From the NCBI GenBank assembly GCA_012295275.1, contig CM022673.1, positions 28,334,001 to 28,398,000 of the forward strand: DNA of 64,000 nucleotides, given 5' to 3'. This DNA is from Chrysomallon squamiferum. Taxonomy: Eukaryota > Animalia > Mollusca. Shown piece after piece: positions 23,579 to 59,900 of this stretch (positions are counted from its first letter, which is position 1; each line of letters starts with the position of its first letter). Both the position numbers and the translations under genes were made by a program. The notes beneath the pieces were generated by a model. That model did no database searches, was not told the origin of the DNA, and worked only from the letters and a program-made list of their open reading frames with translations.

Positions 23579-25135
23579 GTCAATTTATTTGTCGCTGAAA
23601 ACGAAAACAGAAAGCGATTCGACAAAAATAACTTAACGAATGAAAGAATTAAACATTGTAATTATCAGTCTAGCTATCTCAGTCTCCCTTCTGGTGTAGT
23701 TCAGTTCATTCTTCACTGATTGTAAAATCATATGGTAATGACGTTCATAATTTTTATTAATTTTAGTATATTTGTTTATTTCACAGATTTTGTTAGTATT
23801 TTGTTTTTGAAAAGTATGTTAATAACTTTTTTTTTGTTTTTGTATATATATTTTACTTTGTTATTATTATTTTATTTTTTAGTTTTGTGTGGAACTTTGA
23901 CTTTGCAAGTAATTCATTAACGTTAACTAATAATTATAATTGGGCAGAAATGTAACTTTTATTCAGATTTGCTAACGTCGTCATCATCATCAACATCACC
24001 TTCGTCTTCTTCTTTTTCTTCTTCTCCGTTGTTGACGGTGTTCTCATATATTAAAATACAAGTAACGGAAAAGATAAATAGAAATAAAATTATAATAATA
24101 CTTATAATAAAGAAAACAAAAGTTTGTATATATGTATATATATACATATTCATATATATATATATATATATATTTATATTTCGATTATCATGAGCCTATC
24201 GTTAACAAATAATCAGCATTTACAAATATTTGTTTTCTAACACCATCACTTGAATCGTATGAGATCCTTTAAGTCGTCGAAACACGACCAATCCAAGTTC
24301 TCACAAAACTGCGACATTTCACTGATAATTTCGTAATAAATGACAGATACCGGACCGTATAAGTAAACACGCCATAATACGAAACCGTTAAACATTTGTT
24401 TTCTTGTTACCATAACAACACATCTGTAGCAAATTTCAAGTAATCGTTGTCGAGAATAATGTTTTGTCTCGCTGCTAATCAATAACGTAAATCTAACTGC
24501 ATTAGTAATAATTACCTATTTTCTACTCTCTTTTTTTTTTTTTTTTTTTTATTTCCCCGTTGGAATAAAATTTCTCTTTTAAAATATAATATAAAAGTAC
24601 CGATTATTAAACGTCAAGGCTTGTTTCCTAAAAGCCAATTCCGCGAATTTGTTGTGAATTCTTCTTAAATATTAATCAGTGTAAAGTAGCTTATTCAGTG
24701 AACAATGCTGATCTATGGTTTATTGTGAGAGATCACCAACCTCTCTAACTCCCGGATCAATCTGACACTGGAATACCTGGTTAAAAAGCATCATCTACTT
24801 ATGTTTTAGTTATCATCATTCGTACATTTAAGATCAGAGTCCAAATTACCGTCTTTGCGATGATAATTGTCAGACGTTTTTTTTTTTTTTTGTTAATTTG
24901 TTTCACAGTAAAAACGTTTCTCTGATGGTTATTACACACAATGGTGTACTTTAGACAATATTTACCTTTATATTGCATCTTATCAATGGACTCAAAATTC
25001 AATATACATACTTGAAGATAGCTGAACTGTTCTTAAGGCAGTGAAGGCAGAAATATTATTTTTGCTAAACAGTAAAACTCGCAATCACAGACACAGAGAA
25101 TCTAATGTGGAGATAGAGAGAGAGAGAGGGAGAGG

Positions 25136-25241
<106 letters not shown>

Positions 25242-26487
25242 GACTGTCACACACATATTGTACAGAAACCAGTTATTTGTCGTTTTAAATCAGTGAGCCA
25301 TTCTAACATTTCAAAAGCGCTTGCACCATATCTTGTCTGAGATTCCCTGTTCAGAAACCATTCCGAAAGTTAGTTAACTATACAGAAGATCAGTAATGGA
25401 GAAGAGAGAGCGAAATATTGATGACTCCACTGTAGGTGGGTTTGTATCCGGAAAGCGGTAAAGATACCTTACTGTATTAAGGACAATGGCTTTGCCACTT
25501 AAATAAAACCAATAACGTACCATTATCTTCGTTGAACTTTATTTTGATTAACCTTTTGAACAGTTTGTATGGTAGAATCGTCCATGCTAAAGAAAATATC
25601 TGACGGAGTTGGCAATATTTAGCGTTGATAGTTAATTCAAACAAGAACATTTTATGATGCGTGGTTTGTGCTATTTTAGATTTTTGAGTTTTCCGTTTTG
25701 TGTTATGTTAGCATTGTAAATGCATGTTGAAGTTCAGACTTATATATCAATATAAAGTATGTTCTAGTCTCGAAGTTAACAGCACTGTTGACGTAACAGA
25801 ATAATGATGATAATGACGATGACGATGATAACAACATTAAAACCAACAGAAAACAAAAGTACGACTAAGAATGCTACCGCCATCAAAGTTATCACAGCAA
25901 CGACTACAACAACAATACCAACATCAGGTGCAACAGCAAGGACAACAATAATAGTAGTAATAATAATAATAATAATAACAAATAGCAACAACAACAGAAC
26001 AACAATAACAACAGCAACAACAACAACAATAATAATGATACTAATGATGATAATAATAATAAAAATAATGATGATGATGATGATGATGATGATGATAATA
26101 AACAGAAAAGTAAAATGGACAAAAAGAAGAAATTAATTTAATCCTAATATTTATAAGCGCAACATCAGTATGCAGCTTTAGCCGTTATTCTGTACAAAAA
26201 CATTCTTTTATTATTATTACTCAGATATCTAGGGATATATATAAATAATTTATGAAAGAAAATAATTCAATTATTATAATTAAAATCAGGAAGCTACTAT
26301 CATGCCTTTTTCTAACTCTGTACTTTTTTGTTTCTTCTGAAAATCGATGATCTTTTTTAATTTTCGATTACAAATAATATTATAATTAGCCTTTCAGAAA
26401 AACAACAGGAGATATGCAACAGAAGAATATTTCAGTTCAATTTCGAAGATGTTGTCGATTTATGCCATTTGATGGTTTTCTTTTTTC

Positions 26488-26519
<32 letters not shown>

Positions 26520-27848
26520 AAACGACTCTTTTCTGTTCTCAACTATTTATTTTTCCTGATCTGTTCTGTTATATTTTCTTGTATATTTCTCTCAGAATAA
26601 TATTTTGTTTTTCCTTTATTCTTTCTCAAACAGGGAATTTTATTTAGTTAGTTGCCTATTAGAAACTAACGATAACTCTTCATCTCTTTCAACTCTTTCG
26701 CGGAAGACGTAATTCAGAAACAAATCTTATTCGTGGCTCAAGAAATAAAATTTAAACACTGCTATTAACACAAACACTTTTTAAATTGATGAATTTACTG
26801 GCAGAGTAAATTAAATGAAATGCACAGGTTTTTTTTTTTTTAATTTGATAACCAGCTCTGAATTTAAAACCATCAAGATTTTTTTTTCTTCCAGAGCTTG
26901 GAGACATCGTACAGTATTGCATGACAATAACAGTTTCTGAATTGTAGGTGTTATAAGCGAGCTGAAGGTCTGGAATTACGGTGGGAAGGAAGCGGCAGAA
27001 GAACTGAAAGCAGGTAAAAGACAGACAGACATAACAGACAGACAGAGTCATTAAATAACGCGAGTAAACGAACGAATAAATAAATGAATTTAGCGTAAAG
27101 AACAACAACTGAATTTTATGAATGAAAGAAAGAACGAATGAAATAAAATAGACGATGAAGGAAAATTAAAAAAAAAAAATGGACGAACGAATAAATAAAA
27201 GATACCATTACTTATTACCAATGAATAACTGATGATATAAAAATAGATAAATAAATTAGTTATCTTTACGAAAGCGTTGACAGTTTTAATATTTATTTGT
27301 GTTTTTGGGGGTTATGCATATGTGTATCTGTGAATCTGTGTATCTGTGTGTCTGTATGTGTGTGTGTTTGTGTGTGTGTGTAAAACAGTTCTATTGTGAT
27401 TGTCTAGATGTTTCTCAGTGTTATTTTATATTTTGTAGAATATCATGCAGCTGATATCGGCATCCATGGTCCAGGACACACCTCAGTGACAAAACCTGGA
27501 AACATCTATTTTTTATCTACCATTACATCCGACATTCACATACTGAAATCATCCTGGAAAAACGTCAAAAATTCAGTCTAGAACTAAAGCAAATTCAGAA
27601 TCAGTACCTTTTTGACTATCTAAATGATATGTAGCATACAGATTTAGAAAGTATAGTAATACCGGATTATGAATATTTATTAATTTACTTTTTTTTCTCC
27701 CTCTCTTTCTGACTGATCTCGTCATTTTTATATTACATTTTGATACGTACACAGAACGTTTTAACAAAATTTGTATTTGTTTGTCAAAACGTTGAATTTC
27801 TGAAAAAAACACAAAAAAAACGAAGTTTTGTCGAACTAGAACGCGAGG

Positions 27849-47350
<19,502 letters not shown>

Positions 47351-48196
47351 AAGTCGCAGAAAATTTATCAGAAAACTAACGACTGTCAGTCTGACCACGC
47401 GCCAAATGGCTGATTAGAATTCTAAATGAAATGGCACTTTATTTTACTAAATTTATCTACTTTTGTACCAACATAATACTAAGTTAAAAAAAAATATATA
47501 TAACGACACAGCGTACAACATATTGTTGTTGTCTAATATACTCCAAAAAGCTACACGTAAACTGGAAAACAGAAGAAAAAAAGAGAAGTATTCTCTACAA
47601 CACTATCATTCCTTCAGTGATGGTAGAACTGAATGAAGTCACGTTGTAGTTAAAATCTGAGTAAAGAGGCTGCCTTTATAATATTATAGCAAAAATGTGT
47701 ACGGCAAACGTGCTTTAACTTATTATTATTATTGAAACAGCCATCAGTAGCAATGCAGACAACATCGCTTTAGATTATTCTGAGATACGAGTAAGCGATC
47801 GAAGGGGAAAAGATTCCAATATTAAAGACATTCAGTGGATCAAGAAAAGAGCTTTGTATCAGCGTGGTTACAACATTAAACTGTTTCTTTTCGTTCACGA
47901 CAACACCGTGAAGACATATATCTGTGGTGTTTGAGGGTGATTTGTAATTTAACAGCTGCTTTCTGAGGAAACTGCACGTTTTGATACGATTCACTGCAAA
48001 TGTCAACTTTAACACACGCGAAAGCTAAAATCAAACTGTTGCGGGGCCAATAGTTTTCTTGAACTTTAATTAGGAAAAGCTTTACAAAACAGCCTTTTCA
48101 TGAAATGTATTTACTGACCATCTTCAGTCTTCCTGATATGATATTTCTCTCTTTGTTTTCCTTCTTAACTTCTTCCATTCATTCTTTCGTTCTTTT

Positions 48197-48232
<36 letters not shown>

Positions 48233-48361
48233 TGTATTTCATTCTTCGAGTAATCTTTGTTTCATATGTTGTTTTGTTGTTTTTTCATTTCTGTGTTACG
48301 GTCGTTGCTATCATACGTTACCCGATGTCTAGTTTGTACACTGTATTACAGGGTTTTTTCA

Positions 48362-48367
48362 AATAAA
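48362..48367 (+). other. Candidate polyadenylation signal for the rGC gene
   Basis: AATAAA about 1 kb after the stop, preceded by TGTA motifs. AATAAA is common by chance in this AT-rich DNA. Confidence 0.3.
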
Positions 48368-48687
48368 ATTTTAGTTGAAGACAACCAAATCTTATGAAAC
48401 CAGAATGATTTGTGGTAAAATATATATATATATGTACGTTTGTATGTGCGTATGTGTTTGCGTCTATATATGTAGGTATGTATGTGTGTGCGTACATATG
48501 TCTAAGTCAATGTATGTAAGTATGTTTATTAAATGTATGGTTACATGCATGATTGTATAACTGTTTGTCTGTCTGTGTGTATGTATGAATGTCTGCATTT
48601 CTGTTCATAGCAGACATTCAAATTAACAGTCAAATAGATTAAATAATAATGATGATAATAATGATGATGAAGAGGATGATGACGATG

Positions 48688-48718
<31 letters not shown>

Positions 48719-49324
48719 GAATAATGAACAAGAAGAAGAAGAAGAAAGACAAAGACATCGAGATACACCAAACATGAATTACAGCAAACGTATCATTATA
48801 TCTCACACGACACAAGCTAATTGGGATGAAGACAAAACTTACAATTAACTGTTCTTGACAAAATGGTCAGTCAAAGCTGATGTACACCGGCACTTCTTTG
48901 GAGCTGTTTTCAAAATAAGAAAAAAAAAGAAGAAAAGAATAAAACGACATAATTATTTTCTATTATCTTCAAAAGGTTCACTTTAATAGGGTGTACTTTT
49001 GATTAGAATCCGAGTTAAGGGGGTCGTTCTTTGAAATCTCCCTCACAAAGCCCTGATTGAATCTGTTAACATCTGAAATCGATAAGATCTATTCTGGGGT
49101 AAAAACAAACACTTTGAGTCTGGATTAAGACTCCATTTGCAGCGATGTTAGTAAACAGCAATTACAGAATCAAACCGATCCCAAACATCGTGGAATCGTC
49201 TAAACCAGTAAAGTACTAGAAATTCATAGACCAACGTCACTAGTGAAATCGTTTTACTTATTTATTTTATTTTATTTATTTCGGTTAAACACGAAACATT
49301 TGTAGAGTTAAATTTAGTATTATT

Positions 49325-49709
49325 TATATGTTTGTATGTTTTTGTATGTATGTATGTATGTATGTATGTATGTATGTATGTATGTATGTATGTATGTATA
49401 TGTATGTATGTATGTATGTGTTTGTATATATGTATGTATGTATTTGTGTGTATGTATATATGCATGTATGTGTGTGTATATATATGCATGTTTGTATATA
49501 TATATATATATATATATATTTATTATATGTATGAATGTATGTATGTGTGTATGTATGTATGTTTGTATATATGTATTTGTGTGTATGTATATATGCATGC
49601 ATGTGTGCGTGTATATATATATATATGTATCTATATATGTATGAATGTACGTATGTGTGTATGTATGTATGTATGTATGTATGTATGTATGTATGTATGT
49701 ATGTATATA
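49325..49709. repeat. Degenerate (TATG)n repeat
   Basis: Direct inspection. Confidence 0.95.
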
Positions 49710-51188
49710 CCTGTTCAGTAAAATATTTATTTTCGGGTTCTCTCTTTGCTAGATAAGAAATATACAGGCTGATAGGTTTACACGATTCATATAAAAATAC
49801 GTGGCCAAACAAGGTGAAACAGAATAAAGATGCAACTCTGTTCATTCGCTTGTCAAAGACCTCAGCAAAAATATTCTTTGAATCTCAAATTTCTCTTGAA
49901 ACAGAAAACTTAAACTGAGAACTGTTCTCCGAGCAACAGAACATAGCAGGGCATTTTGTTCTGTTGGGTTACTCTAAAACGTGACATCGGCGAAAGATAA
50001 TCTGATTTGAATAAAACAGATCATAATATAGCTGTAGGTGAAATATATAGGTCAAGGGAATTAGTTGTAGGAAAATTGTATGCTCTTCTATTAGAATTGA
50101 GCAGTCCTGTTACTGGTTCCTTCTGCTTCTTATTTCTAGAGAATTAACAGATATCTGTCATTTTTACAATTCTGACAATTACACGCTGACCCGGTTAGAG
50201 TTATTATGTCTTCCTGCTTTGTCATCGATTTAGAAAGGACAGACGTCAGATGACCTCGTAATAACCTTCAAAGCAAGAAGGATCATTTTCTTCAAAAATA
50301 AATATCGTAATTACAACCATCAACTCAGATAAAGTTTATTTTCTTTTCCTTCTTTTGTTTATTTATTTATTTTTATTTATTTATTTATGTTTATTTATTT
50401 ATTTATTTATTTATTTTTTTTTTTTGTTCACTGTTACGTTAATTGGAAAGGAGAAGGTACTCGTAAACTTTAATTCTTTAAAAGTTCTGAAAAACAAATG
50501 ATGCTTCAAAAACGCTGATTTTATTAACTCGAGTGCAAGTTAACCACATCGTTTGATGTTTCAGCATTTTAAAAGACTTCAGTTTTTGCGATCTAAAACC
50601 CTGCAATTAAATTACACTATCTAATTATGTCGGCTAAGTCTTTGAACTAAAGGTGCTCGTCTTCTCTTATCAGACTGACATTTCAACTTTTAGGAAGACG
50701 CAGAGGTGTTGCTCATATCGTTGATGCCGTCGTTTGTAATATGTGTTGACTTCGTCGTAGTTCTACCATATTTTGGTATATTTGATTTTTTCTATTCCGT
50801 TTGTTTATTTATCTTTCTTTATCTACCAACTGAAATTAAAAAAAAAATTAAAAATTATAATTTGAACATCATCAGCCGTTCCATTGTAAGGCGATTAAGA
50901 TACATAATATAGCGAAGAACAGAATTAAAGAAGAAAAGGTTGATAAAACGTTTATAAACAGATCGACAGACAGACGGGAAAAAAGCGACCAGAGTAAGAC
51001 TGGGATTAACAGAAGAAAGGACATCGTAAGGTTCGTTCACGGATATATGGTAAAGAGTTGAGATATAACAATATCACCTTCATTTCCTTACGATATTATA
51101 TTTTTCTCTCCCACTTTTCTTTCATTTTTTCAATTTACTGATCAGTTATTTTATTCTTTTAATTCTATTATTATTAATCATTAATTTA

Positions 51189-51277
<89 letters not shown>

Positions 51278-53880
51278 AACTATTAACATTATTACTGTAA
51301 TCATTGCCACTATAATTATGTACTATTGTTTCTACAAGTACAGATGCTCCTGTCACTATTATTAGTAAACGTAATGTCATCACTATCTTTAGCATTTTAG
51401 CTTTTAGCTATTATATGTATACATAGCTATTTCTGTTTGTGTTAAATACTTTTATTTAAACACTATCTTGTCCTTCGGGTAATATGTATTTACATATGTG
51501 TCTGTCTGTGTGTATGTGTGTAGGTGGGTGTTACGAAAAGTTTACTTCTAAATATATATTCTAAATAACGGGGTAACTAGCGTTTCTGAATGACTTGATT
51601 CGCTTGTAAGAAATGCTACATCTTCGCTACATTTATTAATGCCTAAAGACAGGAAAGTCAAATCTTATAAATTTCCTAAAAGTAAAATAATGATCAAATG
51701 AAACCACTAATATATATAAATAAATAGCATCCTAATATTTGTTACCGTATAACAAATAATGACCATCCATAAGGTTATAATAAGAAAGTAATTTTACTAA
51801 AGAAACAGCTCAATAATTCATTCAGTTTTGTATACGTTCAGTGAAATTAAAAGATGCCCCTTCTACAGAATATGTTTCTGTGTATATATTTATTAAACAT
51901 GCATACAAACAAAACTGACATATTTCTGCATATACATGAGCGTATTATTTTAATATAATTATGCATAAACAAATAAAAACACACACATACAGATACATAC
52001 ATAGAGACGTCTTCATACATAGTAAGACAGACATAACGTCATATATCCATTCATATATTTATATTATATATGCATACTTTTTGCATACTTTTTATTTTTG
52101 TGTATATTGTACATAAAACCTAAAAATTAGTAAATTAACAAAAAATATAACTATAAATATTCCGATGGAAAAGTAATTATATAAATATATGTGCTTTCGC
52201 AGATTATATATGCCTCTACTTTGTGTGTGTGTGTGTGTGTGTTCTCAGACTCATAGATCCAAAATATTATTGATGTACGAAAGACGAAAATTATATTTTT
52301 TATTTTATTATTTTTTTTTTTTTTTAAAGTGCGAAATAAAAAGTACCTGACATCCAGCCAAAGAAAGTCTAAAACGAAAGAAAGAAGAAAAAAAAAAGAA
52401 CAGAAAAGAAAAAAAAGAAACGCTAGTATATTGATGGCCAAACATCTTAGCCATATAATTCGAATTTAACAACCATATTTTGTAAACTTTGCCACTTCAT
52501 ATGAAACATTTCACTGCATTTAGACAGCGCCTCGAGGTGCCCGTCTCGAGGGGATCGATACTGAAAGGAAATTACAGACCTGGTGACATTTTGCTTTAAT
52601 ACTTTACATGGGAAGTGGCATGCTGTTTGAGTTGCTTCCCTTGTCATTCGCGTACGAGACTACTTCAGAACTGATCTAATTACAAAGGAACACATCACAC
52701 GTTCTGGAGAGACAGATAGCCGATGTGTCACGTTAGGCTACTTCTTGCTATCCTGTCTCTTAAAGACAAAATTGGTCTCTACTTATTTTTTAATCGACGC
52801 TTGATGTGATGTTTTGAAATTTTTTTGCTTGTCTTTTGTTATTTATCCTTGATTTCAGACCAAACTGAAATTTGTTTTGTTGCCATTTTTTTTCATCCGA
52901 AAATTTTTAGTTTTTTCATCCGAAAATTTTTAGTTTATTGTTCTGTTTGAAAAATGAATATATCAAACATCTTTATCTTTTGAAATTTGTTAACTATATT
53001 AAAACAATAAAATATGTATATGTGTGTGTGTGTGTGTGTGAATGTATGTGTGCGCGTGTGTATGTTGTGTGTGTGTGCATTTGTTATTTATGCATGTGGA
53101 CGTGTGTTGCATATTTATGTGTGTATAAATATATATATATATATATACATATGACAGTGTATGTGTGTGAACTTATGTATGTACGTACATTTTTGATGTA
53201 TGTGTGTATTTATGTTTGGATTTATAGACTGATGGATGTACTGAGCTATATATATGTACGTGGACTGCGGTTGTTTAGTGCATAGACTTACGAATGACAC
53301 CGCCACAAGTGAAAATATTCATCAGACTGATAAATCGCAGGATTTCGGATACTACGAATTAAAATCCTGCGTTAATTTGTCGCTCCGAGGAAATGAGCAA
53401 GGAGACGATAATCCGATTCTCTCCTGTTAATTTTCCTAACAGAATATGCACATACCTACACTCTGACAGCTTTACTGAGCCTTGCCTAAAAGATCGTTCA
53501 GATACGGCGCATTTTTACTCTCCTAGCACATTACCCACAGCCTGGTCGCATGCACGAACATTATCCCTATAAACACCAGCATGAGAATTAATAAGGTACT
53601 CGACTTACAAAGTTAAACAAAATTATTATGAACCAATCGTGTGTTCACCTTTGAAACGCTTACGGCTAAGATGTATCGATTTTCATTATACATCAATGAC
53701 ACACATTTCAAGTGTCTTCCAAATTGTGGAAGAAGGAGACATGGACTTAAGACGGATTAACAAAAGCGGTGAGTGTTAAACGTTACTTTCTCCTGTTTCA
53801 AATCGTACTGATATTAATAATTTCGTTAATTAATCCTGTTAATATTAGTTTCCACTGAAATTCTAATGTTTCCAAGTTTT

Positions 53881-54022
<142 letters not shown>

Positions 54023-55741
54023 GTATATGCCTTTCTAAACTCTCTCTGTAAGTCAATAGACTATTAATACGTCAGTTCCCATATTAATTTCATTAGCGTT
54101 ACGTCTATTAATACGTTTTTTCTTCATCACCCTGACTTTGATCTGACGATTCATTTATTAATCGATTCATAAATCGTTTTCGTATTTTTGACACTTAACA
54201 TTTATTCTGCTTTAAAAAATGTATTCTATACCTATAATACTATTCGGGCTGGTCCATTTCGACAGCCATAAAACACACATGTCATCGTTCACTAGCTTGT
54301 TTTTGAAATTTACAAACTGGAGATAGAGACTTTCGCTTGATGTACCGAATTTAATTACCTTTGTCTTTGTCATTTTCTAAAAAAACGCATCTAACTTTTT
54401 TTCGCTAAACTTTTTTGCTTAGTAATTCAAATAAATCCTTTAAAAAGCATTGTGACCCTCACATTCTCTGTCATTTCAGCGTTCAGGATGAACTATAATT
54501 ATTTCGTATTAGAATAATGGTTACCTTGCATGGCAGATGTAAACATTTATTTTAAAAACATGTTATATATGCAACAGATATACAGAGGATACATGTAGAT
54601 ATATATATTGCTTTCATTAATGTTACCGCATGGTTAACATGCATGAATAGTTCAGTTGTAGACTGTGTTATGGTTAATGCAGTTTTAATTAGAATCTTTC
54701 ACGTGATGTCGCTACAATCTACCTGTAATATGACACATGATTAGATCTGCACAAATTCAAACTGTGTATCTGACATTTGTTTAATTTAGTGTGTGATATA
54801 TGAATATACAGAACGAACCGTAATAGCGAAATCGGTCCCGAACCGAAATGTTTCAGAAGATAACTGTTTTGAAAGAGTTTATTTATTTATTTGTTTGTTT
54901 GTTTGTTTGTTTGTTTGTTTGTTTGTTATGTTTGTTTGTTTGTCTGTTTCTTTGCTTGCTTGGTAATATTTAATTAGTTTGGATTTTGTATATTAATTTA
55001 TTTATTTTGTTTACAAATTTATTACTTTCTCTCATTAGTCAGTCCATTCTGTTTTGTTTTTGTTTATTTATTGTTATTATTATTACATTTTTTTAATATT
55101 ATTACTTATTTTGTTGTTGTTATTATGTTTTTTTTTTCTTTATGTTCGATTTATAATTTTACCCTTTATTTATACATTCATTCATTCATTTATTGTTATT
55201 GTATTTTACGTCATAGCGTACACATGTACTATTTGCTAAAGCATCGATACACTGAATGCAAAGAAATACCGAGCGTTTCGTCGTACTTAGTGGCACAAAC
55301 AACCCTGTAGCCAGAATTTCAGGTCCAGTTTTGATCAGATTATAGTGAAAAGGCTGTAGACATTTCACGTTTTAATTAGAAGACTTATTTTTGCATATAC
55401 CGCACGGACACTCGCCTATTTCTTGCAGCAATAAGATCAGCTGGCTTCTTTTAACAGTAAATAGACACAGGGAGCAAGAAAGCGTGGTGGTAAAGGACAA
55501 AACACTGACAACCAAATTCTGATACGTTAGGATTTAGAGCTGAACAAGAATGACATGAATTGATTTGCACAATAAAATGTTAACTGACACGCGAAACGTA
55601 AGTCTAATCTGTTGGAAATCAGTATTACATTTTGTTTATTTCTCTAATGTGAGTGAAATAATGCGACATATGTCAAAATAGATAAAACTGTACGTCATTT
55701 ATGTTTCGTAAATGTTTAATAGAGAGGACACGTTGGGTTTT

Positions 55742-56150
<409 letters not shown>

Positions 56151-56212
56151 GTGTCTGACTGTTTGTCTGTTTTTAACTAACTATCCATCCTTCCGTTCAT
56201 CCCTTTCTGTTT

Positions 56213-56278
<66 letters not shown>

Positions 56279-56504
56279 TGTACGTTAGACAGATCATTAA
56301 GTATTATTCTTCGATTTTCCTTTACTTTTTCTTCATTCTTTCTTTTTTCTTTTTTTCCTTTTTCTTTTCTTTCTTTTTATTCTTTTTTTTATTATCTGTA
56401 GATTTTTTTTCGAGATTTGAATATTGAAATATTCATCAAAGTTCCCCCTTTTTTAGCTGACGTTGCAAAGTCTTCACTTTGTGATTGCTGTTGCAAAGTC
56501 ATCA

Positions 56505-56537
<33 letters not shown>

Positions 56538-58427
56538 GTTGTTGCTCTTAAAGCATTAAATACTACGGGCCATGACTTCAGCTAAAAGCCATCAATTTAA
56601 TTAAAATAGATACAATTTTCTTCAGCCTAGGAATGATTATGACATAACTGTTATAGAATGCCAAAGGCAGTCGACTGACTTAGAAGATCAAATACAATTT
56701 ATTTTCAGAAGAAAAAATATGGATAGAAATATAGATCAAAGATGCTGTGCACAAAAGAATAAGTGTACTTACTCGAATATATTACCGAATGACTGATCCA
56801 ACCAATAATTTTATGACAGTTGTTTTGAATATAATGTTGTTTTTTTTCACAATCTGCCACATTGTCTGTTCATCTGCCTAGTAGATCAGCAGATCTATCA
56901 AGCAGTGAAAGAATTGTTCTGTTTTTCTGAACATTGATTCAGTATCATTTTGTAGATGGAACTGTTCTCCAACTTTCCTTGGAACGTAATTTTGTTTTCC
57001 GTTTAGCATTGTTATTGTTTTTATTTTATTTATTTATTATTATCATTTTTGTATTTTTATTTTATTTTATTTTATTTTATTTATTTATTTATTTGTAGGT
57101 TACTGTATACATCTATTAACACTGAAATTTATTGCATTAACGTAAACGGAATGATTAATTTGGATATCTATTCAAGAATATCAGCTAAACTGTTTTTGAA
57201 AACAGTGATAAAGATGCGACAAACTAGTCTGAATTTCTGCATTTCCTCTATTTAGGAAAAACAAGTATTTTTACGAAGAAACAATATTATGGTTTATATC
57301 GGATATACACTTAACAGTATTTATTCCGTGTAAAGTATAACGCACATACATATTGTATTTACAAAAAGCAGAGTATATTCCATGAACAAATGACGGTATA
57401 ATGTTTCCTTCAGAGACAGGCCAGCTGGTTTCATAATGATATGACACTGATATCAACACAGGAAGAGAATTTGATTCCGGAACTGAAATGAATTCTTGAT
57501 TTGGAAAAGGCCTTCAGTACTTGAAACAAGACGCCAAAAGAATACTTAGGTTATTTTAAAACATTAGTTTTATGTTCGAACAAAAGAAACAGAAAAGTTT
57601 TATTCAGATGCTGATTTGGCAGCAAAAAGAAACTAATTTGTTGATTGTTATTTAGTGACATATAAAAAAAAAACAGAGTTTTAAACTATCTGAAGTTTAT
57701 AAGTTGGTAGATTTTAATTTCTTTTATATAAGTACTCATTTTACTTTATAGTAACATTTAAATTCATCGTAAGAACTGGTAATAATGAAATAAAATGTCA
57801 GAAAAAAAAATTTTTTATATATATTCTGTGTTTAGTTTAATATAAATAATTTAATGTTATGGTTATTAATGTTGATTAAAATATCGTAACGACATCACTA
57901 AATAATACAGTTTATCGTTTAAGATTTAATTAACGTTTATCTCAGTAGAAACTGAAAAACTAATATATAATTTATAAAACAAAGTGAGAGTCTGCCCAGC
58001 GACTTCTAACACAGCTAAAAACTTACTGTGATTGGAATGGTTAGTTTTGTGTGTTAGATCGATCATCAGCAAATAAAATAAAGGAAACAGAACAAATATC
58101 ATCAGTTAATAAATCATTGTCAAACAGTTTTTTTCACGAATCTAATATCGATGCATTTTAAAATAAATATTATAGGAGCCAAAAAAAGAAAAAAATAATA
58201 ATAATAAAAACAAAACAAAACAAAAACATATTATAGTAATAATAAAATAAAATAATTTTAATTAATTAATTTAAAAAATAATAAATAAATAAAATGACAC
58301 CTAAATTCCTCAAAAAGGAATAAAATTATTAAACAAAACTTGCATAAAATGATATTATATATATGAGATATTATACTACCCGAAATGTTATCATCTGTTT
58401 CCACCAGATTATTTTCATTTATAGTTG

Positions 58428-58486
<59 letters not shown>

Positions 58487-59567
58487 TCTTTGTTCTTTTC
58501 TTTTTTTTCCTAATTTACATGTTTGTCTTTCTGTCCTTACATCAAACTTTTTTAAAAAGTTTCACAGCATATCGAACAACTGAAGATGGATTGGGTGCTT
58601 TTTAATTTAAGACATCAGGGAAATTATCCTGAAATGTTTATCATGTAAAAACGTTATGCAACCTTTTTTTTTAACTTGATCATATTTCTATGATTTCATT
58701 CGAAAACTGTTGTAACAAAAATGTATGTGTTGTTCCGTTTGTGCACATAATCGAGAATCGTACCTATCGAATACAAGCCTGGTGGATTTTATAAGTTAAA
58801 CATTCCAAATGGTAAAAATTACAATGCTGTCTTTAAACGATTTGTTAACAGATAAGAAAAATAACTCATTTTGGTACATAGTTAATATTTAAATTATTTT
58901 ATTTTTCTCTTAAATAAAGTATCCATAGATGCATCGAAAATGACCAGATATAGCTTTGTCATTGCTACCACAAAACGTTTTACTCTCACTTCGTATAATT
59001 CGCCTTGAATGCATATATTTGGTAATTTCTCTTTGAGAGAGTGTGTATATATAAAAGGGATGATTGTACGTGTATATTATCTCTATAATCTTGCCTTGTT
59101 TTGTTTCTGCACCACGTACTAATGCTTTGCATTTCGCAATTAATTTACTTCGGACGAACTAATCCAGCCTTTTTGTTAGAATTATCCACGGTTTTAACTT
59201 ACAATAGATATGACATCTAGCAGTTGACGTATCTTTCTCCTTTCATTGTCACGTTTCATAAAAAAAAAACCCACTGAAGCAAAAAAGGTCAAAATTTTTG
59301 CAGAAAATATCTTCTTATTCTAGTAGTATATATAAGCACTAGATTAACAAAAACTTCGTAAAGATTATTCATAATATAAATCGGCAATAAAATAACATAC
59401 TTTGATGATCTGTGACAATAATATTTTCACCTCATAAATCCTAATAGCGTTTAAATGTTATGCGTTACAACAATTTACAGGAGATAGACCCAGAGACGAA
59501 AGTTAAATACAAACACAGACAGAAGGTAATAGAAGAGATATGCAGACACATAAACACTAGCAGGAAG

Positions 59568-59900
59568 GAATACATACAAAGACACACATAGATAGATACA
59601 TATATACGTTAACAAATACATACATACATACATACATACATCATACATACATACATACATACATAAATACATAAATACATACATTCATACATACATACAT
59701 ATATACGTACATACATACATAGATACATGGATACAAACACACATACATACATACATACATACATATACACACACATACATACAAAGATACACATATAGAT
59801 ACATACATACATAAATAATACATAAATACATACATAAATACATACATACATACACATACATACATACATACATACATCAATACATACATACGTATATATA
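59568..59900. repeat. Degenerate (TACA)n repeat
   Basis: Direct inspection. Confidence 0.95.

Noticed and set aside
52530-52551. GC-rich hairpin CCTCGAG-N8-CTCGAGG, considered as a Helitron 3' end or terminator
   Set aside because: Only a 7-bp stem, no CTRR-T terminus in the right context, and no other element features.
52888-52936. 23-bp direct duplication (similar small duplications near 7742-7800 and 43869-43891)
   Set aside because: Ordinary slippage duplications in non-coding DNA with no visible functional context.
53740-53775. Short ATG stretch with donor-like CG|gtgagt, considered as an upstream exon of the second rGC
   Set aside because: Splicing to 62250 or 62253 is out of frame with the rGC ORF, and no independent evidence supports a UTR exon.
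59046-59060. TATATAAAAGG TATA-like motif
   Set aside because: No initiator at the proper spacing and 3 kb from the nearest ATG; such motifs are frequent in AT-rich DNA.
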